64,000 nt of DNA from an uncultured bacterium (GCA_943788175.1 CALSPG010000006.1:32001-96000); one strand, 5' to 3'. Positions 50,784 to 63,669 are shown, numbered from the stretch's first letter. Notes: a model not told the origin generated them from the letters alone. Made by a program: numbers and translations.

Positions 50784-51839
50784 TTATTTAGATGCATTAT
50801 TATTTCGCTCTTTTTGCTGCCTCTTTTCCAATTTTGCGGAAGCTAACTGTCTCATATCAACAACGCTATCATGTTCATCAACAATCTCAACTCCTAATAA
50901 TGTCTCGATTGCATCTTCCAAAGATATTAATCCAGTCGTCGTGCCAAACTCATCTTCAACAATAAAAATTTGCTGTCTCCTTTTTACAAATTGATCTAAA
51001 ATTGTTGATACCGAATCGGAGTCTTTAACCGTATGAACTGGCTCCATTAGTGAATTCATCGTGACGTCAAACTTATCTTCAGCTTGCTTATTAACTAAAT
51101 CATATCGATGAACAAATCCAATTACTTGATCTAAGGAATTTTTAAAGATAGGAATTCTGGAAAAAACCAATGGCGAATATTTATTAACCACTTGGCCGAC
51201 TGTATCCTCATTAGATAAACTAAATATAACTGATCTCGGGGTCATTACTTCCTCAGCCAAAATATTATCCAATTTCATTAAATTTTCAATTATATCCCCT
51301 TCCTGACTATCAATAGCACCCTCATCTTCACTGAGCTCTGCCATAGCGATCAGTTCTGCTCTCGATGCCTTAGAATTATCTTGACTATCTCTACTTAAAA
51401 TTTTTGATATTTTTTCGCCAATAAAAACCATTGGAAATACTAAAAATATTAAAATACTTATCATGTAGGCCGTAAAGCCAACAAGTGACTTTGTATAATT
51501 TGCACCTAGCGTTTTTGGAATAATTTCTGAAAAAAATAATATTGATAGCGTTAATATAATTGAGGAAATAGCTACCCAACTACTACCAAAAACTGAATAA
51601 GTTTGCGCTCCAACACCAGCAGCACCAACTGTGTTTGCGATAGTATTAATCGTAAGGATTGCGGAAAGTGGCCTATTAATATTTTCTTTAAGGGAAAACA
51701 TTAAATTACCTCTCTTGCTACCTCCTTTTACTAAGACAGCAATATGAGCATGAGAAACGCTTAAAAGAACAGATTCTAGTAAAGAGCAAAGAAACGAGAC
51801 CACAAGGGCTATGAAAAAATAGACTAACAGAGCTGTCAT
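50784..51839 (-). CDS. CNNM/CorC-HlyC family membrane protein with CBS domains
   Basis: SFLCSLLES, ILTINTIANTVGA, SEIIPKTLG, VMTPR and LEDAIETLLG.EIVDE motifs. Confidence 0.92.
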   Translation of the reverse strand: MTALLVYFFIALVVSFLCSLLESVLLSVSHAHIAVLVKGGSKRGNLMFSLKENINRPLSAILTINTIANTVGAAGVGAQTYSVFGSSWVAISSIILTLSILFFSEIIPKTLGANYTKSLVGFTAYMISILIFLVFPMVFIGEKISKILSRDSQDNSKASRAELIAMAELSEDEGAIDSQEGDIIENLMKLDNILAEEVMTPRSVIFSLSNEDTVGQVVNKYSPLVFSRIPIFKNSLDQVIGFVHRYDLVNKQAEDKFDVTMNSLMEPVHTVKDSDSVSTILDQFVKRRQQIFIVEDEFGTTTGLISLEDAIETLLGVEIVDEHDSVVDMRQLASAKLEKRQQKERNNNASK

Positions 51840-51883
51840 ATGTATATGAATTTAGTCTTGTTTTTCAAACAAACAAATCGAGT

Positions 51884-53524
51884 TCATTGAATCTTTAAAA
51901 CTTTACCTTCAAATGGATAATCAGTTTTGATATTTAATAAATTTAAAATGGTTGGTGCAATGTCTACAGTTTCTGCTTGAACTTTAATTTCAGTTTTAGG
52001 TCTACCCTCTTTGACAAAAAGAAGAGGAACATGCGAATCATAATCATAAGGACTTCCATGGCTAGTACCGTATGGATTTCTATAAAGGTAACCAGGCTCA
52101 AGGATGACAAACACGTCAGCGCTTTGCTCAACATGAAGCATATTTTTCAACCTTAGACTAACGTTATCTGTTTTTTTTGAGCTTATAATTTCTGTTTTAG
52201 AAAGGACAGCTTTCACACCGTCAACCATCTCTAAGTACTTTTTGATAATATTTTCTAAATCCGAAGCCTCTATCTTCTTCTTTTTTAATTTATCATGAAA
52301 AAGATAATAATTCGTAAAATCCTTATAAAATAAATTTTCACCATAATATTCAGATATTTCATCCTCAATCCAGTCATATGCTTCTCGCAAATTATCACGG
52401 TTAATGCGACCACCAGATAAATTTAATTGAGGCAAGAACTCAGGTAGGGGTAAACCTCCATGATCAGAAGTCAAAACAAACTCAACATGTTCTAACCCAA
52501 TTGTATTATCAATATGAGTGATTAATTTATTTAATTGAATATCTAATCTGATTAAATAATCCATTGTTTCTTGTGAAAAAGGACCATAATTATGAATGAC
52601 ATAATCCATTGCTGAAAAACCAATAAAGAATAGGTCTGGATTATCATCAGTACCAAGATTTTCTTCATCAAGAATTAATTTAGACAGGTCCACAAGTTTA
52701 TCATCAAACCAAGGTGTGCCTAAGATTTCGGCACCAGGTTTTTTATCATGATCGAAAGATATAGGAAAAACAGGCTTGTAATTATTTGTTTTAATTTTTG
52801 TTTTGGTAATTGAATCATGGTCCATATGGTAAGAATCTACCTCGCCAGTAAAATTATCTAATCGTGAATGCTTTAAGTATATACTATCCGGTAAAATTTT
52901 TGTCCATAATGAGTCTCTATAGGTTTCAAACCTAAGATCATTATTGAAGTCATTTATATATTTTGGTAATGTGTCAACATAATAATCAGATGTTATAAAT
53001 CTATCGATATTGTTATAGTAAAGAACCAAATCAGGGTTTTTACCTCCCATCATTATAGCAGATCTATCTTTTCCAGCAATGGAAATGACTTTTGATTTTG
53101 GATTATTGCTCTTGAGAATATCACCTATCATTTTATTATTATACCTAGCAAATGAACGGGCAAGGCCATCGCCTCCAATTGTTTTTGCTTTAACGTCCTC
53201 CACGCAATTAACAACCTTCCCCAAGGCCCTATCATAATAACTGTTGCCAAGGACTCCAGCAGGCCCGGGATGATTGCCACTTGCAATTGCAAAATGACCA
53301 GGTCCCGTTGCTGTATATCCATGCTGATGAAAAGTATTCTGGAAAGAGATACTATTTTCAACTAGCCATTTAAATCCACCGCTGTACAAGTTTTTAAACC
53401 TTGAAAGATGATCTGGCCTCATCTGATCTGAAACCAAAAAGACGACTAACTTTGTTTTAGGTTTTGATGAGCATGAAATCGAAAAAAAACAAAAAACGAA
53501 CAGGCTAAATAATTTTAATCTCAA
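51884..53524 (-). CDS. Alkaline phosphatase family protein (PafA-like, Thr nucleophile), lipoprotein
   Basis: SDQMR, TATGPGH, KDRSAI, TSDHGG and HGSPYDYD.HVP motifs. Confidence 0.9.
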   Translation of the reverse strand: MRLKLFSLFVFCFFSISCSSKPKTKLVVFLVSDQMRPDHLSRFKNLYSGGFKWLVENSISFQNTFHQHGYTATGPGHFAIASGNHPGPAGVLGNSYYDRALGKVVNCVEDVKAKTIGGDGLARSFARYNNKMIGDILKSNNPKSKVISIAGKDRSAIMMGGKNPDLVLYYNNIDRFITSDYYVDTLPKYINDFNNDLRFETYRDSLWTKILPDSIYLKHSRLDNFTGEVDSYHMDHDSITKTKIKTNNYKPVFPISFDHDKKPGAEILGTPWFDDKLVDLSKLILDEENLGTDDNPDLFFIGFSAMDYVIHNYGPFSQETMDYLIRLDIQLNKLITHIDNTIGLEHVEFVLTSDHGGLPLPEFLPQLNLSGGRINRDNLREAYDWIEDEISEYYGENLFYKDFTNYYLFHDKLKKKKIEASDLENIIKKYLEMVDGVKAVLSKTEIISSKKTDNVSLRLKNMLHVEQSADVFVILEPGYLYRNPYGTSHGSPYDYDSHVPLLFVKEGRPKTEIKVQAETVDIAPTILNLLNIKTDYPFEGKVLKIQ

Positions 53525-54729
53525 TTAACCACCTTCAAGAATTTCCTCTTTCCAACTTTTAAAACAAAAGAATCACCCATTGACACTTTATATTGAATGT
53601 CTTTTATAGCTTCGCCATCAATCTTCACCGCAGATTGCTTTATCATTCTTCGAGCTTCACTTTTACTTTTCAACAATCCCGAATCTGCTATTATATTTAC
53701 CAGAAAGTCCTCTTCTTTTAGATTGTACTCTTCAATTTCATCTGGCATTCCTTTTGCTACTGTCACTTGGTTAAAGTGGTTTTCAGCCTCCAATGCTATT
53801 TTTTCATCGTAATATAATGAAACAATCCTTCTGGCTAAGTCTCTTTTTAGCTCCATTGGATTAACATCGCTATTTTTAATTTTTAGCTTAACCTCTTCAA
53901 GAAATTGATTGTCAGCATCAGCTGCTAATGTGAACCACGATAGCATAACATTGTCTGGAATTGAAAGTGTTTTACCATACATATCATTAGCAGAATCTGA
54001 TATACCGATATCATTCCCATACGACTTTGACATCTTCTCAATACCGTCTGTGCCTTCTAATATAGGCATTGTTAGTATACATTGTGGTTTTTGGCCTACA
54101 TCTTTTTGCAGGTTTCTGCCCATGAGTAGATTGAACTTTTGATCTGTGCCACCTATTTCAATATCAGAAACTAATTCGACAGAGTCCTGTGCTTGAGCAA
54201 GTGGGTATAGGAATTCATGAAGAGAAATAGGAACTTCCGAATTATACCTTTTATTAAAGTCATCTCTTTCTAACATCCTCGCAACAGTTGTGGAGCTAGA
54301 AAGTTTAATTACATCAGAAAAACTCATTTTCCCTAACCATTCAGAATTATAACAGACTTTCAATTTATCCATATCCAGAATAGCTTTTGCTTGGTTTAAA
54401 TAAGTCTTCGCATTTTCCTTAGCCTCTTCCAATGTCAATTGAGGCCTAGTTCTATTTCTTCCAGTTGGATCACCTATCATGGCAGTGAAATCACCAATGA
54501 CTAAAACAGCTCGATGACCAAGATCTTGAAAGTGTCTCAATTTTCTTAACACCACACTGTGCCCTATATGAAGGTCTGCCCTGCTCGGGTCACAGCCTAG
54601 TTTAACTACCAAAGGAACTCCATTTTTAACAGAACTTTCGATTTTGCTTCGCAATTCATTTTCTGGAATGATTTCCGCTGCACCTTTACTAATTATTTTG
54701 TATTGTTCATCTACAGATAAAACATTCAT
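53521..54729 (-). CDS. tyrS: Tyrosine--tRNA ligase
   Basis: [12 protein letters not shown] and KMSKS motifs; C-terminal S4 domain. Confidence 0.98.
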   Translation of the reverse strand: MNVLSVDEQYKIISKGAAEIIPENELRSKIESSVKNGVPLVVKLGCDPSRADLHIGHSVVLRKLRHFQDLGHRAVLVIGDFTAMIGDPTGRNRTRPQLTLEEAKENAKTYLNQAKAILDMDKLKVCYNSEWLGKMSFSDVIKLSSSTTVARMLERDDFNKRYNSEVPISLHEFLYPLAQAQDSVELVSDIEIGGTDQKFNLLMGRNLQKDVGQKPQCILTMPILEGTDGIEKMSKSYGNDIGISDSANDMYGKTLSIPDNVMLSWFTLAADADNQFLEEVKLKIKNSDVNPMELKRDLARRIVSLYYDEKIALEAENHFNQVTVAKGMPDEIEEYNLKEEDFLVNIIADSGLLKSKSEARRMIKQSAVKIDGEAIKDIQYKVSMGDSFVLKVGKRKFLKVVN

Positions 54730-55181
54730 CTATTTCTCTTCATTTCTCTTTGCATCACTTTTTCAACATCTCGTCTTTTTTTTGTTTCACGCTTATCAAA
54801 TAACTTTTTACCTTTAGCCAATCCAATTTCTACTTTTAACCATCCTCTTTTATTAAAATAAATCTTTAACGGAACAGCGGTAAGACCTTTTTCAGCTAAT
54901 TTTTGATTAATCTTTAAAATTTCATTTTTATGAAGCAATAAACGTCTTTTCCTGGTCAGCTCATGACCTGTAAATCCAGTATGACTATATGCGCTAATAT
55001 GCATTCCCCTAAGCCAGGCTTGTCCTTTTTTAATTAATACATAACTTTCCCTTAAACTAGCCTTACCTTCTCTTAGACTTTTAACTTCGCTACCTAATAG
55101 CTCAATTCCGGCCTCAAAGGTCTCAAGTATTTGGAATTCATGGTATGCTTTTCTATTATTCGAAACCGTGATTTTTTCCAT
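54726..55181 (-). CDS. smpB: SsrA-binding protein
   Basis: [27 protein letters not shown] and [11 protein letters not shown] motifs. Confidence 0.98.
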   Translation of the reverse strand: MEKITVSNNRKAYHEFQILETFEAGIELLGSEVKSLREGKASLRESYVLIKKGQAWLRGMHISAYSHTGFTGHELTRKRRLLLHKNEILKINQKLAEKGLTAVPLKIYFNKRGWLKVEIGLAKGKKLFDKRETKKRRDVEKVMQREMKRNR

Positions 55182-55338
55182 AACAAAAGGCCTGCTAAAT
55201 TACGCTCCCTGGAATAATTCGTCCAAATGTATTCATTGAGGCAAAGCTGATAAAATTTTTAATGCATATCTCCATATTAAGTCATATTTAGATAAACGTA
55301 AATTACACAGCCATTTTTAAAAAAAATCAATATAAATA

Positions 55339-56448
55339 ATGAATATATTAATAGTTGAACCATACTATACTGGGTCTCATAAACAATGGGCTGAAGGGTA
55401 TAAAAAACATAGTAACCACAAAATTAAAATAATTTCAATGAAAGGACAGTTTTGGAAATGGCGAATGCATGGTGGCGCAGTAACCCTAGCTAAATCTTAT
55501 GTCGAATTGAACTGGAAACCAGATGTGATATTTTGTTCTGACATGTTAGACCTTTCCACTTTTCTATCTTTAACTAGAAAAGAGACAAAGAATATTCCCG
55601 TAGCAATTTATTTTCATGAAAACCAAATATCATATCCTTGGTCACCAAACGATCGAGATGTGAGAAACAAAAGAGATAATCATTATGGCTTTATAAATTT
55701 TACTTCTGCACTTTCTGCAGATAAAGTATTTTTTAATTCAAGTTTTCATATGAATACTTTTCTTGATGATCTATCACCATTTTTAAGGCATTTCCCTGAT
55801 TATAATGAATTAGATACAATCAAGGTCATTAAAGAAAAATCAAAAGTGTTACCCCTTGGACTTGAACTATCAAAATTTAATAATCTAACTATTCAAAAAG
55901 ATCAAGATCCGGTTATACTATGGAATCATCGTTGGGAGTATGACAAAAATCCTGAATTTTTCTTCAACACTTTAAGTAAATTAAAAAAGAATGGGTTGTT
56001 TTTTAAATTAATCATAATAGGTGAATCATTTGGAAAAATTCCAGAGGTATTTGAAAAAGCTAAAATTGAATTTGAGGAAAATATTTTAGAATGGGGATAT
56101 TTGAAAACATTTAGTCAATATGCTTATTCACTACATAGGGCTGATATTATTCCGGTTACTTCGAATCAAGAGTTTTTCGGGGTTAGTGTAATGGAAGCAA
56201 TTTATTGTGGCGTATGGCCTATTTTACCTGAAAGACTCAGTTATAAAGAACTATTTTCAGATGCAAATTATAAAAATAATTTTTATTCTGATGATTCACT
56301 TTTTTATGAAAAAATTAAACTTTCAATTTTAAATATTAAAGATATCAGAAAAAAATCAATGAAAAATATTCCTAAAAAATATGATTGGAAAAATATTACA
56401 AAAAAGTACGATGAGACCCTTGAAGATTTAGCTAAAAATATTCAGTAA
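55339..56448 (+). CDS. DUF3524/GT4 glycosyltransferase, GTDC1 (QTMAN)-like
   Basis: EPYYTGSH, WKWRM, YFHENQ.SYP, FNS.F, WNHRWEYDKNP and EFFGVSVMEA motifs. Confidence 0.85.
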   Translation: MNILIVEPYYTGSHKQWAEGYKKHSNHKIKIISMKGQFWKWRMHGGAVTLAKSYVELNWKPDVIFCSDMLDLSTFLSLTRKETKNIPVAIYFHENQISYPWSPNDRDVRNKRDNHYGFINFTSALSADKVFFNSSFHMNTFLDDLSPFLRHFPDYNELDTIKVIKEKSKVLPLGLELSKFNNLTIQKDQDPVILWNHRWEYDKNPEFFFNTLSKLKKNGLFFKLIIIGESFGKIPEVFEKAKIEFEENILEWGYLKTFSQYAYSLHRADIIPVTSNQEFFGVSVMEAIYCGVWPILPERLSYKELFSDANYKNNFYSDDSLFYEKIKLSILNIKDIRKKSMKNIPKKYDWKNITKKYDETLEDLAKNIQ

Positions 56449-56470
56449 AAAATCTATATATACATCAACT

Positions 56471-57928
56471 TTATTTTTCTAACATATCTAGAACTAATCT
56501 AATACCAACACCAGTAGCACTGCCTTTAGGGTCAACACTTGAAGGTTTTGCGCCCCATGCTGTACCAGCAATATCAAAATGAACCCATGGTATATCTTTT
56601 CCAACAAATTCTTTTAAAAATGCTCCGGCAGCTATTGAACCAGCCTGTCCAGCAGAACCCATATTTTTGACATCAGCAATATCACTCTTTATTTGTTTAC
56701 AGTATTCTGGCCATAAAGGTAACTCCCATACTTTTTCACCTGTAGATTTCGAAGATTCTTTGACTTTTCGCATTAATTTATCATCGGTGCCCATTACCCC
56801 AGTTGCAACGTGGCCTAGTGTTACCACTACGGCTCCTGTTAGGGTGGCAAAATCAATAATAAATTCTGGGTCATAGTGTTTAGATGCATATGAGAGACCA
56901 TCTGCAAGAATCAATCTTCCTTCTGCATCTGTATTTAAAACTTCAATGGTCTTACCATTGTAAGCTGTAAGGATATCACCAGGCTTGAAAGCTTTAGCAC
57001 CAACGAGGTTTTCTGTGGAGGGAATAATCCCGACGACATTTATTTTCGGTTTTAAAATAGATAACGCATGAAGTACGCCCAGCACTACAATTGAGCCACA
57101 CATATCATATTTCATTTCATCCATCTTCGAAGCGGGCTTGATTGAAATTCCTCCTGAATCAAAGGTTAAACCTTTTCCAACAAGGACTTTTGGTTTTTCA
57201 TCACCTCCATTATTGTATTCAACAACAATAAATTTTGGTGGTTCATCTGTTCCTTGAGCAACTCCTGCTAGACCGCCCATACCCATTTCAGTAAACTCTT
57301 CTCTATCAATAACTTTTAATGTCATTTCATCTATTTTTGAAATTTCTTCAGCTGCATTCGCAAGATAAGTTGGTGTAGAAATATTTCCCGGATGATTTCC
57401 TAAATCTCTCGCGAAGCAGATTGCATTACCAATTGCAACACCTTTGTTTAATTCTTGATCATTACAACCATTAATGGAAACCTCTTCGACTACGAAAGAA
57501 TCAATAGAATTTGTTTTGTATTCAAGAAATTGATAACTACCCAAGACTGCACCTTCACCCATTGCCTGGCAGCTATCTAACTCGGAACAAAAGCAATCGA
57601 CTGTAACAGTTTTTGCTTTTTTTGTAATTGCCGCTCTAATTGCTGAACCAGTTGCAAGTCTTACAACTTCTGAAGTGACTTTTTCTTTATCGCCCAAACC
57701 TATCAATGCAAACCTTCTATTATTATAATAAAAAAAGTTAACCTCACCTGTTTTCCCTTTTACATCCCCAACATCAACACCACTTTTAATAATATTTTTT
57801 AAATCCTGATTAATGTCACTTCCTCCTGGAGTAAATGAGCTATCTTTGTAAACTCCAATACATATTAAATCGCTTTTAATTTCCATCAACGGAGTATTTA
57901 CTGTTTTTACGTTATGAATGTGAGACAT
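56471..57928 (-). CDS. pepA: Leucyl aminopeptidase (M17)
   Basis: VGKGLTFDSGG, MKYDMCG, NTDAEGRL, ATLTGA and HFDIAGT motifs. Confidence 0.96.
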   Translation of the reverse strand: MSHIHNVKTVNTPLMEIKSDLICIGVYKDSSFTPGGSDINQDLKNIIKSGVDVGDVKGKTGEVNFFYYNNRRFALIGLGDKEKVTSEVVRLATGSAIRAAITKKAKTVTVDCFCSELDSCQAMGEGAVLGSYQFLEYKTNSIDSFVVEEVSINGCNDQELNKGVAIGNAICFARDLGNHPGNISTPTYLANAAEEISKIDEMTLKVIDREEFTEMGMGGLAGVAQGTDEPPKFIVVEYNNGGDEKPKVLVGKGLTFDSGGISIKPASKMDEMKYDMCGSIVVLGVLHALSILKPKINVVGIIPSTENLVGAKAFKPGDILTAYNGKTIEVLNTDAEGRLILADGLSYASKHYDPEFIIDFATLTGAVVVTLGHVATGVMGTDDKLMRKVKESSKSTGEKVWELPLWPEYCKQIKSDIADVKNMGSAGQAGSIAAGAFLKEFVGKDIPWVHFDIAGTAWGAKPSSVDPKGSATGVGIRLVLDMLEK

Positions 57929-58062
57929 TTGGTTTCCTTTTTATTCTTTTAATGACAATTTTAATATCAAAATTACTATTTGTAATTTCCCTATACAAAC
58001 ATACAGTATGCACAAAAAATATAATTCGTCGAATTTGTTGTAATGTTACTGATATATAAATA

Positions 58063-61000
58063 ATGTCGATAATAAAAATAAAAAAAGAAGAAGTCTATCC
58101 AATCATCCTTTTGATGATGATGTTCTTTTGCATTGTCGGTTCAAGTATTACCGGCGCTAGTGCAAGAGACACATTCTTTTTGACACAATTTGACAGATCC
58201 TTACTGCCTCTGATGTTTGCATTAGTTGCAGGATTAATGGTAGTGGTAATCTCTATTTATAACAAGATGACATCCAATCTTGATTTGGTAAAGACAATAA
58301 TCTTTTCTTCAGTCTTCTTTTGTATAACCCTTTTTATTATACGATTTAATTTAAATGGTTTTGTCATTCCGCTATTTTATGCTTGGACCGATGTAATCAT
58401 ATCTATTACAATTTTTCAATTCTGGTTGCTTGCTAGCGAAATATTTAACGCTCGCCAAGCCAAACGTCTTTTTAGTGTTATCGGAATTGGAGGCTCAATC
58501 GCGGGAATTAGTGCCGGATACATAATGAGACCTTTTGTATTACGGTTTGGCGCTGAAAATCTATTAATACCTACTATTATATTTATTGCTTTAATAGGCA
58601 TTTTTGCAGCTTATCTAAACCCATTTAGGGCAAAAAAAGACAATAGCTTTAAAAAGGATACAAAGAATGAAACCTCTAAAAATATTTTTGATCCTTATCT
58701 AAAATCAATTTTAGTGATGGTATGTTCCGCAGCTATTTGCTCGAGGATAATAGAGTATCAATTTAAAATTACAGCTGCTACCACTTATTCATCTACAGCT
58801 GAGCTTGCATCTTTTTTTGGCGAATACTATATGTATTTAAATGGAACAACACTAATAATGCAACTTTTCCTTACAGGTTTCATTTTACAAAGGTTCGGGA
58901 TTCTAGGAGGATTAATTATTATGCCTCTCGGACTAATAGTTGGCTCGATGTCTTTTCTAGCTTTGGCTAACCTATCAAGTATTTTTATTGCTCGCCTTTT
59001 TGATCAGGCCTTTAAATTTTCTATTCAAAGCGCATCGAATGAAATGTTATGGACCACCATACCAAAAAATAAGGCTCGCCGAGCGAAACCAATTATTGAT
59101 TCATCAATAAAATCTGTTGCAGAAGGCATAATAGGTTTAATTATTTATGCAATTATAGCAAATAGATTTTTAGAAGATACACAAATATATCTACTTAGTT
59201 TTCCTGTAATAATTGTAATAATATTATGGCTATTAAATAATCTAAGGATTAAAAAAAATTATATTTCATCAATTGAGCAGGCAATAAATCGTCGCCATCT
59301 CAATTTGAAAAATATTCAATTTGATGTAACAGATAGTCATATTATTGACACGATTGATAAAACTTTAATATCTGGTGATATTAATAAACAGTCATTCGCA
59401 TTAGATCTAATAAAAAACATGAAAATCGAAATATGGCGTGATACTTTAAATAAATTATTATCTTTAAAAAATAAAGATATACAGAAACAAATAATGCTAC
59501 TTGCTTTGGAAAAAGGCAATTTTCTTGATAATAATATTCTGATAAAATTGTCTAAACAAGATGACGAGATTGGCGCATTAGCAATTACATTACTTCCTGA
59601 TATATTCATTAAAAATAATATGAACTTATTTTTAGAAAATATTAATTCTACTGATGCACACATTTCTGCAGCTTCATCAGTAGTTATCTTAAAGCAAAAT
59701 TCAGAAGAATCGAAAGCTAGAAAAAAGCTAAATGAATTTCTTGATGTAAAAGATGAAAGAACAACAGCCTTAGCATTAAATTATTTAAAAAACTCAAGTG
59801 AACTACTTCCTAAAAACATACTAAATGATTTATTACATCATTCATCATTAGAGATAAGTAAATCAGCACTAAATGTAGCCGGTAAGCGCCTTGACAACTT
59901 TTATCTACCAGCAATCATATCAAATTTAGAAAATATAAAATGCACCCATAAGACAAGAAAAATACTAAAACTATATGATTATAAAATTGTTGTTAGATAT
60001 CTTGAAAAACAATTGAGCACAAATGGAAATAATACAAATTTAAAAAAAGGCATCATACGTTGTTTAGCTGGTTATAATGACGACCGTGTAATTAGAATAA
60101 TTAAACACCATTTAATTGTAGATGATATCGATATGTCAATTATTTGCTCAGAATCATTATTAAAGATTGCAAAACACAGGTCAAAAACATTTTCTTTTGA
60201 GGATTATTTTTTTGATACTATTAAAATTTTTGCTCATCAATATTTTAAGCTTCATTGCTTTCAAATTTTATTACCAAATAATGAAAACACATTTTTTATC
60301 AAAGATCAGATAAATTATGAAATGAGGAGGTACCTCTACATAATTTTAAAGGTCGTTACCCTTGAAATTCCAAATTCTCCAATAGACTCACATATTAAAA
60401 ATATTATTGAGAATAATGATAAGGATCTACCATATGTTCTTGAATTTTTTGAAACTTCATTTAATAAAAAAACATTAAATCTATTGATGCCAATAATTGA
60501 CCCAGAACATGATTATAAAGACGAAAAAATTCAAAATCAATTAAACAATGGTTCTTTTGATAGTTGGATAAAAAGCTGGTCAGAATCTGATAATAACTGG
60601 AAATCAGCAATAAGTATAGATTATGGTATAAAATATGATAAAAAACTGATTAATAGCATTGATTGGTCAAAAGTTATTTCCAGCCCCATTCTTTCGCAGG
60701 TTTTAGAATACTGTGATGATAAAGAGATATCAATTCCATTAGAAAAGTTTCAAAACAAGACGGAGAAAACTATGTTTACAATTCTAGAAAAAACAATTTT
60801 ACTAAAAACTGTTGATCTTTTTCAAGATATACCAGGAGAATTGTTATCCCAAGTTTCACAAATTTCTAAAGCAAAAAATTATGATAATGGTGAAACAATT
60901 TTTAAAGATGGAGATATTGGCGATTCTATGTTTATAGTGCTTGATGGTAAAATATCGATAACTAAGGGCGATAAAGAAATAGCCTTACTAGAAAAAGGTG

Positions 61001-61203
61001 ATTCTCTTGGAGAAATGGCGCTATTAGACAACGAAAATAGATCTGCGAATGCAATAGCGAAGGCGGACTCAGTACTACTTAAAATCAATCAAGATGTTTT
61101 CTATGAGTTGATGGAGAGCAACGCTGATATAATGAAACAAATTATAAAATTATTGACTGGTAGAATTAGAACAGCAAATGCTAAACTTGAGATGAACCTT
61201 TAA
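58063..61203 (+). CDS. NTT/TLC nucleotide-transporter-like MFS domain fused to HEAT-like repeats and a cNMP-binding domain
   Basis: [26 protein letters not shown] and R.KPIID motifs; helical middle region; C-terminal IFKDGD.GD.MF...GEMALL...RSA. Confidence 0.85.
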   Translation: MSIIKIKKEEVYPIILLMMMFFCIVGSSITGASARDTFFLTQFDRSLLPLMFALVAGLMVVVISIYNKMTSNLDLVKTIIFSSVFFCITLFIIRFNLNGFVIPLFYAWTDVIISITIFQFWLLASEIFNARQAKRLFSVIGIGGSIAGISAGYIMRPFVLRFGAENLLIPTIIFIALIGIFAAYLNPFRAKKDNSFKKDTKNETSKNIFDPYLKSILVMVCSAAICSRIIEYQFKITAATTYSSTAELASFFGEYYMYLNGTTLIMQLFLTGFILQRFGILGGLIIMPLGLIVGSMSFLALANLSSIFIARLFDQAFKFSIQSASNEMLWTTIPKNKARRAKPIIDSSIKSVAEGIIGLIIYAIIANRFLEDTQIYLLSFPVIIVIILWLLNNLRIKKNYISSIEQAINRRHLNLKNIQFDVTDSHIIDTIDKTLISGDINKQSFALDLIKNMKIEIWRDTLNKLLSLKNKDIQKQIMLLALEKGNFLDNNILIKLSKQDDEIGALAITLLPDIFIKNNMNLFLENINSTDAHISAASSVVILKQNSEESKARKKLNEFLDVKDERTTALALNYLKNSSELLPKNILNDLLHHSSLEISKSALNVAGKRLDNFYLPAIISNLENIKCTHKTRKILKLYDYKIVVRYLEKQLSTNGNNTNLKKGIIRCLAGYNDDRVIRIIKHHLIVDDIDMSIICSESLLKIAKHRSKTFSFEDYFFDTIKIFAHQYFKLHCFQILLPNNENTFFIKDQINYEMRRYLYIILKVVTLEIPNSPIDSHIKNIIENNDKDLPYVLEFFETSFNKKTLNLLMPIIDPEHDYKDEKIQNQLNNGSFDSWIKSWSESDNNWKSAISIDYGIKYDKKLINSIDWSKVISSPILSQVLEYCDDKEISIPLEKFQNKTEKTMFTILEKTILLKTVDLFQDIPGELLSQVSQISKAKNYDNGETIFKDGDIGDSMFIVLDGKISITKGDKEIALLEKGDSLGEMALLDNENRSANAIAKADSVLLKINQDVFYELMESNADIMKQIIKLLTGRIRTANAKLEMNL

Positions 61204-63130
61204 TAAGACTTTCAACGACACTAGGGTCAGCTAAAGTTGAAATATCTCCCATACTATTTACATCATCCTCAGCAATTTTTCTCAAAATCCTTCTCATAAT
61301 TTTTCCTGAGCGTGTTTTTGGAAGAGCAGGTGCAAACTGCATTTTATCAGGTTTTGCATGTGGTCCTATTTCTTTAACAACGGAGCTTATTATAGATTCA
61401 AGAATGACTTCAGATGAATCTACACCGGTCATTAGTGTTACAAATGCATAAATACCTTGTCCTTTAATATCATGAGGAAATCCAACTACTGCTGCTTCCG
61501 CAACACCATTTGCTTTGCCTATGGCACCTTCAACCTCAGCTGTTCCAATACGATGTCCAGAAATATTTAATACATCATCAACCCTTCCAGTAATCCAGTA
61601 ATAGCCATCTTTATCTCTTTTTGCTCCATCTCCAGTAAAATAATAGCCTCTAAACTGCGAAAAATAAGTATCAAAGAATCGTTTATGATCCCCATAAATC
61701 GTTCTCATTTGCCCTGGCCAAGAAGTATTTAATGCTAGCAAACCTTGCGTATTATTTCCTTCAATTTCCTCACCGTCATCAGATAGTAATACAGGGTTTA
61801 TGCCAAAAAAAGGTAATGTAGCAGAACCTGGCTTTGTCGGAGTTGCAGCCGGCAAAGGTGAAATCAATATACCACCTGTTTCTGTCTGCCACCAGGTATC
61901 AACAATCGGACAGTTTTCTTTTCCAATAATTTTATTATACCATTTCCATTCCGGCTCTTTGATTGGCTCTCCGACAGTGCCCAAGATTCTTAGACTACTT
62001 AAGTTTTTAGATTCAACCCAAGTATTACCCTCCTTCATTAAAGCTCTTAAAGCAGTAGGAGCAGTATAAAACTGATTAACTTTATGTTTATCTACAACAT
62101 CCCAAAACCTTCCAAAATCTGGATAATTTGGTACACCTTCAAACATAATGGTTGTTGCTCCGTTTGACATTGGACCATAGACTATATAGGAGTGCCCAGT
62201 AATCCATCCTATATCTGCTGTGCACCAATAAACATCATTTTTCTTATAATCAAAAATTATTTCATGAGTATAAGATGCGTATACTAAATAACCTCCTGAG
62301 GTATGTAAAACACCTTTAGGTTTTCCAGTTGATCCAGACGTATACAAGATAAAAAGAGGATCTTCTGAATCCATTTCTAAGGGTTCACAATCTTCACTGG
62401 CAATTATAGTTTCTTCGTGCCACCAGACATCGCGACCATCAACCATTTCAATGTTTATACCCGTCCTTTTTACTACTACGACAGAATCTATCGAGGGTGT
62501 ATTAGTTAAGGCTTTATCAGCATTTTCTTTCATAGGAATGTTGTTTTTTACACCCCGAACCCCAGTGTCTTGCGTAATAAGAATTTTACAAGATGAATCA
62601 TTAATCCTATCGCGCAAAGAATCCGCACTGAAAGCACCAAAAACTACTGAATGAACTGCGCCGATTCTACAACAAGCTAGCATTGCTATCGATAGCTCAG
62701 GAATCATTTGCATATATAGACAAACACGATCTCCTTTTTTTACCCCTAAAGATTTTAAAACATTTGCGAATTTTTTTACCTCTATTAGAAGCTCTGCATA
62801 TGTGTATTTTTTATCTTCTGAAGGATCGTTTCCTTCCCATATTATTGCAGTTTTATCACCATTTCCTGATTCAATATGGCGATCAAGGCAATTATAACTG
62901 ACATTAAGTTTTCCATTTAAATACCAACTAATTTTGGCTTCTTTATAATCAACATCACTTACTTTGTCCCACTTTTTGTACCAATCAATCCTATCAGCAA
63001 CCGATGCCCAAAATTGATTGGGGTCTTTAATTGATTCTTCATATATCTTATTATACTTTTCGATTGAATTGACGTGCGCATTTTTGAGCCATTTTAAAAG
63101 AGGAAAATATGTGCTTTTATCTTTTACCAT
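61181..63130 (-). CDS. acs: Acetyl-CoA synthetase
   Basis: [21 protein letters not shown] and [11 protein letters not shown] motifs. Confidence 0.98.
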   Translation of the reverse strand: MVKDKSTYFPLLKWLKNAHVNSIEKYNKIYEESIKDPNQFWASVADRIDWYKKWDKVSDVDYKEAKISWYLNGKLNVSYNCLDRHIESGNGDKTAIIWEGNDPSEDKKYTYAELLIEVKKFANVLKSLGVKKGDRVCLYMQMIPELSIAMLACCRIGAVHSVVFGAFSADSLRDRINDSSCKILITQDTGVRGVKNNIPMKENADKALTNTPSIDSVVVVKRTGINIEMVDGRDVWWHEETIIASEDCEPLEMDSEDPLFILYTSGSTGKPKGVLHTSGGYLVYASYTHEIIFDYKKNDVYWCTADIGWITGHSYIVYGPMSNGATTIMFEGVPNYPDFGRFWDVVDKHKVNQFYTAPTALRALMKEGNTWVESKNLSSLRILGTVGEPIKEPEWKWYNKIIGKENCPIVDTWWQTETGGILISPLPAATPTKPGSATLPFFGINPVLLSDDGEEIEGNNTQGLLALNTSWPGQMRTIYGDHKRFFDTYFSQFRGYYFTGDGAKRDKDGYYWITGRVDDVLNISGHRIGTAEVEGAIGKANGVAEAAVVGFPHDIKGQGIYAFVTLMTGVDSSEVILESIISSVVKEIGPHAKPDKMQFAPALPKTRSGKIMRRILRKIAEDDVNSMGDISTLADPSVVESLIKGSSQV

Positions 63131-63144
63131 TTTTGTACCTACCT

Positions 63145-63549
63145 TTATTTAAGCATTTGCTTATGAGCGCATTTTGTATATAAACCATCCACTTGTTGCT
63201 TTACAGCAACCATAGTGAATTCAGCGACACATGCTAATCTTCTATCATCATGCCGACCTTCAGCATATGCTCGAACATGTACTTTTATAGATGTTTTTCC
63301 TAGTTTTGTTACCACTGCTTCAAAATTGACCCATTCACCAACATATACGGGTTCTTTAAACTCTGTGGCATCTATCGCTCTGGTTACGGCTGAGTCTGCG
63401 GGAGATTGTTTTAAAATCCTATGCGCTGCTTTACTAACTGCAATATCCATCCAAGATATCATTTGACCCCCAAACAATGTCCCAACAACATTTGCATCTT
63501 GAGGCATAACTAATTGAGAATAGCGAACTATATCTGATTTATGATTCAT
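63145..63549 (-). CDS. Acyl-CoA thioesterase (hotdog fold, YciA-like)
   Basis: MPQDAN..GTLFGG...WMD, F.EPV.VGE and GKTSI motifs. Confidence 0.9.
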   Translation of the reverse strand: MNHKSDIVRYSQLVMPQDANVVGTLFGGQMISWMDIAVSKAAHRILKQSPADSAVTRAIDATEFKEPVYVGEWVNFEAVVTKLGKTSIKVHVRAYAEGRHDDRRLACVAEFTMVAVKQQVDGLYTKCAHKQMLK

Positions 63550-63669
63550 ACTTTTATCCTAATAAAATTTCATTTATTTACAATTAAAAAAAGTTTCCAA
63601 AGACGAGATTCTCATAAAACAAAACTTAATAGTTAAATAAAATTTTATGCAATGATAATCAATCATCTC

